From: a virus
Virus record (IMG/VR): IMGVR_UViG_3300025289_000001
Strand: one strand, 5' to 3'
Length of the DNA: 64,000 nt
Part shown: in pieces, positions 35,501 through 43,949 of the stretch
Position numbering within the stretch: the stretch's first letter is position 1
How the letters are laid out: every line of letters begins with the position of its first letter
The notes under the pieces: generated by a model
The model's database searches: none
Told to the model about the DNA's origin: nothing
Seen by the model: only the letters and a program-made list of their open reading frames with translations
Translations under genes and position numbers: made by a program

Positions 35501-37761
35501 AAAATTCTAATAATCCGTTAGTTAAAGAATTAATTATTAAAGAGGGAACTGGTACAACAAAATTCTTTATATCAATGCCTAATCTTAGAAAAACAGTATC
35601 ATTAAAAAATACTCTAACAGAAGGTTGGAAAGAATTATTAGAAACTAATCCTGAAATAGGAGAGCAGTTAATAAAATATGCATATTTAATTACTGGATTT
35701 AATAATAGTATTAATCAATTTCATGAATTTATACCATATGAATGGTTTAATAAAAATAGATTTAATAGTTATTTAAAACGTTTAGAATTAAATGGTGAAT
35801 TTGTTGATACTAACTTTATTAATCAATTTTTAAGAAATAATTATGGAGATAGAAGTTTAGTTAAAGGTATATTTCCTAATCAAGTTGATTTAAAAAGTAG
35901 TGATGGAATGAAAACTACTTTTACAATGAAAGAACCTGGCAGATCACCCCATATGGTATTATATAAGGTATCGTCAGATTATGGAGATGTGGTAGATAAT
36001 AGATATTTTAGATTATTAGGTTATGATAATGGTAAAGCTGTATATGTACGTACTAGTGTACTAGGTATTAAAGATAATAATACGAATACAGTTGTAGAAT
36101 ATGATATTACTACAGCTATGGTAGGTTCAGGATTATCAAGCTCTGTCAAATCAAATATTCTTACTAGTAATAAACTAGATGGTAAACTATTATCAAAAAC
36201 AATAGCTAGAACAGATTTAACTAAAGAATTTGACCCTGAAGCAATTGTAACAGAAGAAATAATACAAAAGGCTGAAGCTAAGACTAAAGTTAAACCTTCT
36301 AAAAGAAGTAAGAAAGTAGTTGAAAAAGATGATACCCAATTAGATTTATTTAACGATTCTATTAAATCTACAGAATCACAAAGAGGTAAACAGGATTTAC
36401 AAATACGTGAAAAGTATTTTCCAACACCTACACAATCTTCTACAGATATTCTTACTAAGATTGCAAATAGTAAACACCCATTAAATAAATTAGCTAAAAA
36501 ATTATTAGAATATAATGTTCCAGTTAACTTAACTTTACTTAATAGTAAAGAATATGCTGAAACGTTAGAATATGATGATCCATTTGCTGGAAGATATCAT
36601 CCTGGTAAGCATTTTATTGAAATGAATGAAAATGCTAAATTTAGAGGATTAGGTAGTGAAAATACATTGTTACATGAAATTTTACATGCATATACTACAA
36701 ATTATATGAAAGATCATCCTAGTGTTAAATTAGAGATGCAAAGATTTTTAGATGTAGCAAGAGCATATAGAGAGAAAGCAATTATAAAAAGTGAAAAAGA
36801 TGCATATGGATTTAATAATGTAGATGAATTTTTAGTAGCATTATTTACAGATGCTAATTTAATTAATGCATTAAAAGAGGTTCCACCAATTGAAGCTAAA
36901 AAATATGATAATTTATTTGAAGAAGTATTCAGCTATATATTAAGTCTATTTAATATTACTAAAAAAGAAGAAACTTTATATAGTCAAGCATTTGCATTAG
37001 CTACTAACATAATTGTTCAAAATAAAGATAAAACTGATTCCTTCAATTCATTTGTAGAGGAGAGTAAAGTTAAAGAAGGAGTATCAGATGTATTTGAATC
37101 TAATCCTGAATTGGCTAATATAGGAACACAACAACAATATTCTGAATATCTGAATACTATATTTCCTGATAGTAAAGTAAAAGATATTGTTTATAGAGGA
37201 GATAAGTCTAAAACTATTAATGGTGTAGAACAATTTCTTAAAGAGAAACGAATAGACTTATTATTTCTATCAAATAGTAAAAAAGTTGCTCAAAATTCTC
37301 TATATTGGTCTGATTTTTCTAAATTTATTTATGAAAAAGATTCTGCTGGTAATATGACAATGACTACTGAAAAAAATGAAAATGAGAAATTAGGATTAGT
37401 TAGAGGTCCTAAAAATTTTATAGCTGGTATACTAAATATTAAAAATCCATCTATAATAGATGTTGAAGGACAAAGATATGATTCTTATGAAATTGAGGGT
37501 AAAAAAGAAAATGCAATAATAAAAGATGTTAGAAATAATGAAGCTTATGATAGTATAATTATAGATAATGTTATAGAAATTGGGAATAATAAAAGTACCA
37601 CTATAGGAATTAAAAATAAAACTCAACTTCACATATTAGGTTCTAAACAAGATATAGAAGGATTTAAATCTTTTGTAAGTCAATCTGCAAAATCTGATTA
37701 TGAATTAGATGAACAATGGAGTTTAGATGAATTCGATGTTGAAGAACCTTTTAAATGTTAA
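29557..37761 (+). CDS. virion-packaged RNA polymerase polyprotein (crAss-like, two-barrel type) with C-terminal zincin-like domain
   Basis: 2,734 aa. TGSDFDIDKMYLMIP (aa 1339-1353) matches the universal beta-prime NADFDGDQMAVHVP motif at D-F-D-x-D-x-M-x-x-x-x-P. It is a giant ORF in the virion block flanked by other giant ORFs, as for phi14:2 gp66. HEILH lies at aa 2373-2377. Confidence 0.8.
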   Translation: MSCLRITKTNDTSSLLFEQLLDIVKDEQLAHDLYAYFDVAETNPEFKEVFGDYLAEYKAGILSNRVDENGEPKLFFNDTINKYYFLDKENEPVYYPYTRQGLGKSLSTVDIKLMAKIMALKFYETNVNFDFSSLEFTSSSNITLEQFIKDFLSAKIEELSNNPDFRKKARGIALNQTTGSIKEWINEVKDFYQTLKLEYIDESESELREDEENEIRGEVYRTESFLKNSKNNVNNNIKLFLALMKTSELNNFNEYNFVSFDDIYSTLNKTLSNIVPTINEYGELEDPFIIYLEEIEKLVRVKPNLRLLYDELLKKSEDEIFKNQFVVAFNLHKNNFLGSEIYRDNKGNIEYTVRNLSEVGVRKGSILTQWYHNFQQQKLDKKSLKEIQSNLEGLFTQLNHNNAQITSEKMFEEYQAIAERILVDLGVNFTKRGFEFFLGNLSLDTITLDTKKTKLESLLKNASYAIDAAIKSKDDINPFLQQNVFRQLAEAEGFFMEEGTDASIFTLGKTKWNYSMPSHIDLLVGRWKRNPELLQRLYESSPYSKGSHYMRYLLALDVNGIDENRRKSLSQERINNIEIGIFNSVQQRNDAANAADNKSLTLTDSLVDYINKILGNKKPNGKVYHKTAIAADKSTEYQINYGVDNLNSEATYIGGNEIEVSEEVLEVFYDYFKSEYERMAYEHSVVETSEEADLLPNYHLGGKNAFKSQLFPSMSISYDTNGAVILPNLGNNLELYDSKGAPLYANLDEVKDLVIRQIENAISKGIKTTLKELINNKILLFNESGNLYNNALDSGIYNSYKEQGLTTDEISLQLAGDIFINSVMSQVEFSKMFTGDVAYYSDIMDYKKRVPATYTDGLYMRLLAGEEKFNASIIKSVSVEAPSLANLKTFLTEKAYKHYERVNSTDAQAWITPARWEFIIRRIGKFTTQHEEIYRKMLQDNPEFTKEELKLLAQPLKGVYFDMQENGRPVYLKYSQAVLLPGLIKGTGLETLYNKMVKDINGKKLDYQDQIHELIVEDGIKVGKPQPVTTHDINGDVETDFILNKLSLNNSGWKLQQDLPVKGIKATDIGSQIQVNIFQGLAYNNNTIFDIDNKEMSNVEVIKHLNNITGILSSKGLNRVLNKLGVNPETNKITNEHALYESIITQLKKRNDVPINFIKALEAGISPYGIPGSFQMFQNVFSSLVNSEVIKIKTNGGGFIQMSDYGVSYDEAKSQNIKFTPWFTKDKTNAKLHSPEMRTDPITGKEVLVPGAIFISGSFIAKYIPNYKELSQEELFGTYNEATGKYENGKIDEKILTNIIGYRIPNQALPSNDALMIAGILPETTGDTVIAYTGMTSKTGSDFDIDKMYLMIPSFIPRYSKATVTKGYEFMRNNQLTVKEVRDELKAVGHTDLDNKDAKYIRELFIADILLSGDIEQSGYAKQFQEDINLGELERLIYAEPMVDPYGVEYPLHEQSLAVVQNKLIETYKSILLNKDVINDVMNSIDLKDIQNDILNLLPEESADDLMDFNAISDLELKQQFASGKAGLGQNVNAAQDAVRGAMAEQSINEFYIGWGNSNAEGNTVLDKQFSVTLSDKDIKGYVKSFNKNLPKSKHITYEDIKKLATIPLTDTMMQSINGFVDIAKNPFIVRGNWVTQTNNTIFMLLRAGVHPFYVNAFIAQPILREYVKFINNMESNTIQDTGKLLNKFKLQKAIDSIPDTADYTFNDKTLNLQTVFRATVTPDNIKWIGKKGNENYEANIGRFRNSIQKGIIKIYGIDYKELKTNTELEENIELIIDRFVDTYHEFFEAKPIDFDKLNLETLRNQIKEESDIQVQLTVLELYNKLKVPSKNVNRGVKATRITVDGKGKNINSLIIANNRVNNMILNSNQPESLNGFEGKLIYNGENTAFGHLKENSIDAIYKIMRENSKYFLSASNSVVTTFNEISSSIYGNTLENEKLGDKLEQAYHSYVMSGFPALKLSKEERIKLLEEFPTTFMKFQKNSNNPLVKELIIKEGTGTTKFFISMPNLRKTVSLKNTLTEGWKELLETNPEIGEQLIKYAYLITGFNNSINQFHEFIPYEWFNKNRFNSYLKRLELNGEFVDTNFINQFLRNNYGDRSLVKGIFPNQVDLKSSDGMKTTFTMKEPGRSPHMVLYKVSSDYGDVVDNRYFRLLGYDNGKAVYVRTSVLGIKDNNTNTVVEYDITTAMVGSGLSSSVKSNILTSNKLDGKLLSKTIARTDLTKEFDPEAIVTEEIIQKAEAKTKVKPSKRSKKVVEKDDTQLDLFNDSIKSTESQRGKQDLQIREKYFPTPTQSSTDILTKIANSKHPLNKLAKKLLEYNVPVNLTLLNSKEYAETLEYDDPFAGRYHPGKHFIEMNENAKFRGLGSENTLLHEILHAYTTNYMKDHPSVKLEMQRFLDVARAYREKAIIKSEKDAYGFNNVDEFLVALFTDANLINALKEVPPIEAKKYDNLFEEVFSYILSLFNITKKEETLYSQAFALATNIIVQNKDKTDSFNSFVEESKVKEGVSDVFESNPELANIGTQQQYSEYLNTIFPDSKVKDIVYRGDKSKTINGVEQFLKEKRIDLLFLSNSKKVAQNSLYWSDFSKFIYEKDSAGNMTMTTEKNENEKLGLVRGPKNFIAGILNIKNPSIIDVEGQRYDSYEIEGKKENAIIKDVRNNEAYDSIIIDNVIEIGNNKSTTIGIKNKTQLHILGSKQDIEGFKSFVSQSAKSDYELDEQWSLDEFDVEEPFKC
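33580..33594 (+). other. DFDID catalytic metal-binding motif of the virion RNAP
   Basis: GAC TTT GAT ATT GAT, codons 1342-1346 of the 29557 ORF. Confidence 0.8.
36673..36687 (+). other. HEILH zincin motif in the RNAP polyprotein
   Basis: Codons 2373-2377. A candidate third ligand Glu2424 lies in YGFNNVDEF, 47 aa downstream. Confidence 0.6.
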
Positions 37762-37780
37762 TAAAAATAAAATATAAAAT

Positions 37781-40700
37781 ATGAGCTGTCCAATTAGACA
37801 AACATCAATGGAGTATCTTAATAAAAATGGTGCTTTAGGAGAGAATAGAACTGTTAAAGATATATTCAAATTTAAACAAGCAAATGAAGAAATGACCGCT
37901 CACGCCTATATTAAATATGGTGTGGGTGATGGTAAAATGATGCTATTTAATACAGTGCAAAATAGAGTTGATTACCCCCAAGGAGGATATAGAAATATTA
38001 TTAGAATAATGCCTAATGATAAATTATTAGATATGTTAGATGAAGCTGTAATATCATCTAATAAACCTTTAAAATATAAATCATTTGATTCTAATAAATT
38101 AGATGAAATAATAGATAATAATCAACCTGAAAAATTATTAGTTACAGATAAAGAGACTCAAAGTGAGGGTTTTAATAAAGATAAAATATTTAGTAATATA
38201 AAACATGTATTATTTAATGGTATTGATAAATCTAATTATACAGCTATTGAAATATTAGATAATATTATTAAAAACTTCGATGGGTTTAATGCTAAAAGTT
38301 TAGAATTTTTTAAATTAGCTCAATTATTAGTTACTGCAACAAAAGCAAGTGTAAAAATAGTTGATAAAGACGAATTAAAAGATCCTACTAACTTTATGGA
38401 ATTTTCTGCAGAGAATAATCAAATAAGAATATCTTTAGAAAATTTACAAGAATCAAATGAGCAAGAGGCTATTCGTAAATTTATGCATGAGGTTGTTCAT
38501 AGTGTAACTATTGGAGCATATCAAAATCCTATTACATTTGAACAACAAATGTTTAAGAAGTTTATTGATGAATCTTTTAAAATGTATTCATATTTAGGAG
38601 GTAAAGAAGGATATGGTTTCACTAATGAAGTTGAATTTATTGCTGAAATAATGACTAATCCTGATTTTCAAGATAAAATAAAATCGTTAGATAGAATTGC
38701 TCAAAAAAGTAAATGGTGGAATAAATTTGTAGATTATATACGTGGTTTATTTGGACCTAAACAAGTTGAATATCAACAAATAGTAGATGAAATTTTAAAT
38801 ATTATACCTACTGAACAAGTATTAGGTAAAGGTATATTTGCAACAAAAGTTGAACAAAAAGATAAATTAGATATTTACACTAGTCTTCGTACAACTGAAG
38901 ATAAAGTTAAATATACTATGGAAAGATTGCGTCAAAGTATAGATTTAAATTTAAGAAACTATAGAAATCTTCAAAAATGGATTACTGACCCTAAAAAGAA
39001 AGAGGGTATTGATAAATATATTCAAGTACTAGTTGATTTGCAACAAGATATGGATAGATATAAAGATAACTTCCAAATGGAAGCAGTTTTAATATTTATG
39101 AAAAATATGATGACTAATTTAAATTATATTCATACTAAAATAAATCAAATAGATATTAAAGATGAAGATGCTATTACAAATGGAATTAAAATTTATAAAA
39201 ACTATTTAACTACATATTCGGTTGTACATGATATAGCCAATTTAGTTGATGCAATTAAACGAGATGAAGCTCAAACAATTATTCCAAAAGGTGATATTCT
39301 TAAAATAGAACAAGATATCATTAAAGCAACTGGTACATATTCTTTTTTAAATAAAGAAATGTTTAGTATAATGAAAAAGGGAATGAAATTTAAATTAAAT
39401 GATATTAAATACTTCCCACAAGTTGAAAAGAAACATAGAGATAGATTAAATAAAGAACATAAAGATAGTCATATACCTGAGAATAAACAAACTTGGGTAA
39501 TGGATAAAATGTTAAATAGAGATAAAGATTTAATTCAACAAGATTTAGATACTTATATAGAAGAATTATTAGAAAATCCAATGATGGATATAGCTAATTT
39601 CAATGTTAATTGGCAATCATCAGTAAATATTAGTTCTACATTTGTTCAAATTATGAATCAAATGTTAGTTCAACTAGATAATGAAAGAATTAAAATAGAA
39701 AAGGAAAAAGATGCTGAATTTCAGAAAGCTTTTAATGAGTTAGTTAAAGAAAAAGGCACTAATGATATTACAAAACTTTATGAAAATATTCTTAGATTTG
39801 ATAAAAATGGTAAACCTTATTTAAAAAGTGATTATAAAGTAGAATTTTATACTGAAGTTCATCTTAAAATCAGAGAAATGAGAGCAGAATATGATAAAAA
39901 AATTGCTCAAAAAAGATTAGATATCAAAGAAATTCCTAAAATACATGGTTATCAAAGTGCAGAATATATAGCTGCACAAAAAGAATTAAGTTCTTTAATT
40001 AAAGAGAAATTAAAAGTAGTTAAAACTTTTGAAAACCAACATATGGATTTTAATTCAGAAGGTGAACTAATTGGTATTAAAGACAAGTGGAAGGAAAATT
40101 TAAGTGGTCTATCTAAAGCTGAAAAAAATGTATTAGATTTATTTACAGATATTATAACATTGAGTCATAAGCAAACTTATGGTCAACAGTCTTTAATTAC
40201 ATTTAGTTATGGCACTAGATTTTTTGAACTACCAAAAGTAACTAAGTCAGATTTAGAAAGATTATGGACAGGTAAAGTAGGGGGTATAATTAAAGATAAA
40301 GTAGATAATTTTACTAAAACTCGACCTGATGATGTAGGTTATACTGTAAGAAAAACAGGTTTAGATAACCAACAAATCTATCAATTAAAGGTACATTATA
40401 GAGACGTTACTGGTGAATTTGATAACAAGCAACAGTCTTTAGACTTAATGAGTATTATGCGTTTGGAATTTAAAAACGGTAATATGTATAATATTAGAAA
40501 GAAAGCTGAAATGGATTTAACATTTCTTCTAGATATTGCAAAAGATAAGGATTATTATGAGAAAACTGGTACTACTAAGATAGTAAATTGGAGAGACCAT
40601 AAATTAAATATAGTATCTGGTAGAGAGACTAATACTGTTAAAGTAATGACTAATATGTTAGAGTCTCGCTTTTATGATATTATGAATCATACTGATACTA

Positions 40701-42058
40701 AAGTTAATACTGTTGATATGAATAAAGTTGTAGGTGCTATTAATAGATTTAGTGCACTTTTTACTTTAACATTTAACGTAGCATCAGGAACTGCTAACGT
40801 TGTAAATGCTAATGCCCAATTATTTTTAGAATCATTTTTAAAAGGTCAACATATTAAAGCTTCAAGTATAGCAAAAGCTAATGCTATTTATGGTAAAAAT
40901 TTAATACATTCTATATCTGATATTTCTAATCCAATAAATATATCATATGTAAACCAGTTAAATGAGTTATTTAATATTAGAGGTATTTTTAATTTATCAA
41001 ATGCTAGTTTTTTACAAAGTGATATGTTTAAAGCTGGATTAGATTCTAAAACATTACAAGTATTTCAAGAAACGGGTGAACATTGGATGCAATCAGTTAT
41101 TACTATGTCAATATTAGATGGTGTAAAAGTGATGAATGAAAATGGTAAATTTATTAATAAAGATGGTAAAGTAGTTCAAGAAAATGATGCAGCTTCTTTA
41201 TTAGATATGATTACTATTGACCCTGTTACAGGTTTAATTACTACTAGTGATAAAGTTGTATATACTACACATTCAAGGTTAACAAAATATACTGAAGGAG
41301 GTAAAGAAAAAGTAGATTTATTAATCATTAAAAAACTTTATGATTCAATAGGTAATTATAGAGAAACTGACCAACCTGAAATAATGAGACATTGGTGGGG
41401 TAAATTAATGATGCTTTATAGAAAGTATTTAGTGCCAATGGGTGTAGCTAGAGGTAAAGGTATAATGTATTCATTAAAAAGACAAGAAGATTTAGATGAG
41501 GATGAAAGGTCATTTAGTTATGCCCTTCAAGAAAATGAAGAGGGTACATATGTTACATTAATTAGATTTGTAATGAATAGTATAAGAAATAAACAAGCTG
41601 CATTATCAAGTATTGAATGGAATAAATTAAGTGATTATGAAAAACATAATATTAAACGTTCTGTTACTGAAATAGTATTAACCTCTGCTATATTACCATT
41701 AATGTCAATGTTCTTTTCAGGATTAGCAAGTGGTGAGGATGATGATTGGTTGTATTTTATAGCATATCAAATTAGAAGATTAGAAACTGAATTATCACAA
41801 TATAGAAATCCTTCTGAAGCTTATAAGATATTACGTTCACCTATACCATCAGCTAGAATTTTAGAAACTGCAGGTTCAATTGTAGGAGGAATATTTAATC
41901 CTGAAAGTTATACAGAAGTATATGAGAGAGGTAAATGGAAAGGTGAGAATAAATATAAAATTAAAATTCAAAAACAAATACCTATTGTAAAAGAGATAAT
42001 GAGAGATTACGAAGCATTATATAACTATCAAGATAATTTATTTGGTGCAGGATTGTAA
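37781..42058 (+). CDS. giant virion protein with N-terminal zincin-like (HExxH) domain
   Basis: 1,425 aa. HEVVH at aa 236-240 and Glu285 in YGFTNEVEF form a module paralogous to the one in the RNAP ORF. The central region is a long coiled coil, and the C-terminal third has hydrophobic segments. Confidence 0.7.
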   Translation: MSCPIRQTSMEYLNKNGALGENRTVKDIFKFKQANEEMTAHAYIKYGVGDGKMMLFNTVQNRVDYPQGGYRNIIRIMPNDKLLDMLDEAVISSNKPLKYKSFDSNKLDEIIDNNQPEKLLVTDKETQSEGFNKDKIFSNIKHVLFNGIDKSNYTAIEILDNIIKNFDGFNAKSLEFFKLAQLLVTATKASVKIVDKDELKDPTNFMEFSAENNQIRISLENLQESNEQEAIRKFMHEVVHSVTIGAYQNPITFEQQMFKKFIDESFKMYSYLGGKEGYGFTNEVEFIAEIMTNPDFQDKIKSLDRIAQKSKWWNKFVDYIRGLFGPKQVEYQQIVDEILNIIPTEQVLGKGIFATKVEQKDKLDIYTSLRTTEDKVKYTMERLRQSIDLNLRNYRNLQKWITDPKKKEGIDKYIQVLVDLQQDMDRYKDNFQMEAVLIFMKNMMTNLNYIHTKINQIDIKDEDAITNGIKIYKNYLTTYSVVHDIANLVDAIKRDEAQTIIPKGDILKIEQDIIKATGTYSFLNKEMFSIMKKGMKFKLNDIKYFPQVEKKHRDRLNKEHKDSHIPENKQTWVMDKMLNRDKDLIQQDLDTYIEELLENPMMDIANFNVNWQSSVNISSTFVQIMNQMLVQLDNERIKIEKEKDAEFQKAFNELVKEKGTNDITKLYENILRFDKNGKPYLKSDYKVEFYTEVHLKIREMRAEYDKKIAQKRLDIKEIPKIHGYQSAEYIAAQKELSSLIKEKLKVVKTFENQHMDFNSEGELIGIKDKWKENLSGLSKAEKNVLDLFTDIITLSHKQTYGQQSLITFSYGTRFFELPKVTKSDLERLWTGKVGGIIKDKVDNFTKTRPDDVGYTVRKTGLDNQQIYQLKVHYRDVTGEFDNKQQSLDLMSIMRLEFKNGNMYNIRKKAEMDLTFLLDIAKDKDYYEKTGTTKIVNWRDHKLNIVSGRETNTVKVMTNMLESRFYDIMNHTDTKVNTVDMNKVVGAINRFSALFTLTFNVASGTANVVNANAQLFLESFLKGQHIKASSIAKANAIYGKNLIHSISDISNPINISYVNQLNELFNIRGIFNLSNASFLQSDMFKAGLDSKTLQVFQETGEHWMQSVITMSILDGVKVMNENGKFINKDGKVVQENDAASLLDMITIDPVTGLITTSDKVVYTTHSRLTKYTEGGKEKVDLLIIKKLYDSIGNYRETDQPEIMRHWWGKLMMLYRKYLVPMGVARGKGIMYSLKRQEDLDEDERSFSYALQENEEGTYVTLIRFVMNSIRNKQAALSSIEWNKLSDYEKHNIKRSVTEIVLTSAILPLMSMFFSGLASGEDDDWLYFIAYQIRRLETELSQYRNPSEAYKILRSPIPSARILETAGSIVGGIFNPESYTEVYERGKWKGENKYKIKIQKQIPIVKEIMRDYEALYNYQDNLFGAGL
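38486..38500 (+). other. HEVVH zincin motif
   Basis: Codons 236-240 of the 37781 ORF. Confidence 0.6.
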
Positions 42059-42086
42059 AAGGTCTAAAAAAAAGTCTAAAAAAAAT

Positions 42087-42120
42087 AAAGGGATACTAAA
42101 TTAATAGTATCCCTTTTTTT
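42087..42120. terminator. bidirectional rho-independent terminator at the convergence of the two gene blocks
   Basis: AAAGGGATACTA (42087-42098), a 6-nt loop, then TAGTATCCCTTT (42105-42116). An A-run lies upstream and a T-run downstream, so the hairpin works on both strands. Confidence 0.75.
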
Positions 42121-42682
42121 ATATATTTATTTTATTTTTTACTTCTTCATATGATATAGGATAAAAATTATGACAATCTACACCAACATCAAGTTGAGCT
42201 TTAGCATGATTTTTACCTAAATTACCATGAGAATGACCAAATAAATTCCAACTACCTCTATGAGAACCATTCCATGCTAACATTGGATAATGACATAATA
42301 CAATTTTTTGTTGTTTATGCTTTATAGTATCATCATCTACATTAATTTCTAATATATCTGATATAGTTTCCCAATGTGATTTTAAATAATCAGTATGTAA
42401 TGCACTTTTTTCATGATTTCCTACAATTAGATATTTAGTTCCATTTAATTGATGTAGTATATCATTTAAACCTTTTTGAGGGGCTTTTAACGCTACATCT
42501 CCTAAATGGAATACTATACCATCATCTGGAACTATTTCATTCCAATTTTGTATTATTTTATCATTCATTTCATAAACATCTTTAAAAGGTCTATTACAAA
42601 AATGAATAATATTTTTATGATAAAAATGAGTATCAGCAGTAAAAAATATTTTGTCTTTATCTAAAAGTTGTTCTAATTTCAT
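42119..42682 (-). CDS. metallophosphoesterase (calcineurin-like)
   Basis: 187 aa with the motifs ADTHFYH, HLGDV, VGNHE, LCHYP and GHSHG. Confidence 0.8.
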   Translation of the reverse strand: MKLEQLLDKDKIFFTADTHFYHKNIIHFCNRPFKDVYEMNDKIIQNWNEIVPDDGIVFHLGDVALKAPQKGLNDILHQLNGTKYLIVGNHEKSALHTDYLKSHWETISDILEINVDDDTIKHKQQKIVLCHYPMLAWNGSHRGSWNLFGHSHGNLGKNHAKAQLDVGVDCHNFYPISYEEVKNKINI

Positions 42683-42888
42683 TTTAATTCAGTTTTAACA
42701 AGGTAAGTTCTTTTTTTCTTATCATAAATAACATTTTCATTATCTATAATTTTAACTTCACTGATTAAAATTTTACAAGGTTCATCTAAATACCAAATGT
42801 AATCAGAATCTGTTTCTGAAATCATACCAGCTTCACAATATTGAGGTCTAATTCCTGGTGGTTGAAAATAAATAGTTTTATTGTTCAT
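42679..42888 (-). CDS. hypothetical small protein
   Basis: 69 aa. ATGA overlap with the downstream gene and an 11-nt overlap with the upstream gene. Confidence 0.55.
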   Translation of the reverse strand: MNNKTIYFQPPGIRPQYCEAGMISETDSDYIWYLDEPCKILISEVKIIDNENVIYDKKKRTYLVKTELK

Positions 42889-43948
42889 ATTTTAATAAAA
42901 ATTTATTGTTGATTACTTTAAAACTAGTATTATTATCAACACATCGCCATACTAAACCTTCAGCATCAACATTAGGATTTATTAAATCTTTAATTTCACT
43001 TAATTTTAATACTTCATCTAATGTATGATTTAATATAATTTCTTTATACATTGGACAGTGTGGTATATTATTTTTATAACATACTTCAATAAATTTTTTC
43101 TGATTTATTCTTTTACCATTGACATAAATATTAAATAATCTAATTTGTTCAGAAGGTAAATTATGATGATTACCATTAAATTTTCCAATAGCTTCACCTT
43201 GTACAATAATATCATTAGTTTTAAAATATTTAACTAATTTTAAAATTTCAGATTTAAAATCTGTATTATTAAATACTTTATACCAATCATTTTTTTTATC
43301 ATGTAATTCAAATCTTCTACTACATATTCTAAATTTACTTTTACCAAATACTTTTGAATGTATAATTGTAATACTACTACCATCTAATTTATAACTTACA
43401 ATAAATTCTTTACCTGCATGAGATTCTAATACTTGAGGTATATTTTGTATACGTTCTTCATCAGTAATTGATACTAAATGTTTTGGAAAAGGACTTCTAA
43501 CCTTTTTGCGTAAAAATGGAAATGTTTTATATAATATATTATATTTGAATAAATATATCCACTTTTTATACCATATTTTAGGCATTCTTGGTTTTTCATA
43601 TCTTTCAGGATTATTATCAGGTTTCTCATATTTCTTTATTCTTAAAATATCTGTAATATCATCTCCTTCTTCCCATATACCATTAGGTAATGGAACTATA
43701 AGTCCTTGTGAAATTTGTTTACGTAATTTTATTGTTTTTACTCTAAATTTTCTTTCTCTTAAAAACTCATATTCTGGTAATTCAGGAACTATTGTATCAA
43801 TTTGAATATAACTACATAAGTTACCAATTTTATATTCACCTTTTTTTACTACAACTTCCCAACCTAATACAGTTGCTGTTTCAATTAAATCTGCCCCCTC
43901 AATAGGGGACAGTTTAATTATTTTTTGTATACTTGCTAATTTTGACAT
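42878..43948 (-). CDS. ATP-dependent RNA ligase (Rnl5/DRB0094-like: N-terminal OB-like domain plus nucleotidyltransferase)
   Basis: 356 aa. The N-terminus is SPIEGADLIETATVLGWEVVVKKGEYKIGNLCSYIQIDT. Motif I is SYKLDGSS, motif IV is VQGEAIG, and motif V is AEGLVWR...FKVINNKFL. Confidence 0.75.
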   Translation of the reverse strand: MSKLASIQKIIKLSPIEGADLIETATVLGWEVVVKKGEYKIGNLCSYIQIDTIVPELPEYEFLRERKFRVKTIKLRKQISQGLIVPLPNGIWEEGDDITDILRIKKYEKPDNNPERYEKPRMPKIWYKKWIYLFKYNILYKTFPFLRKKVRSPFPKHLVSITDEERIQNIPQVLESHAGKEFIVSYKLDGSSITIIHSKVFGKSKFRICSRRFELHDKKNDWYKVFNNTDFKSEILKLVKYFKTNDIIVQGEAIGKFNGNHHNLPSEQIRLFNIYVNGKRINQKKFIEVCYKNNIPHCPMYKEIILNHTLDEVLKLSEIKDLINPNVDAEGLVWRCVDNNTSFKVINNKFLLKYEQ

Positions 43949-43949
43949 T

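Noticed and set aside
24448-37632. Antisense ORFs inside the giant genes (24448-24786, 25441-25674, 25831-26133, 29107-29367, 33828-34010, 37432-37632)
   Set aside because: All are embedded in long uninterrupted sense ORFs and have Ser/Leu/Phe-rich low-complexity translations. There is no independent evidence for them.
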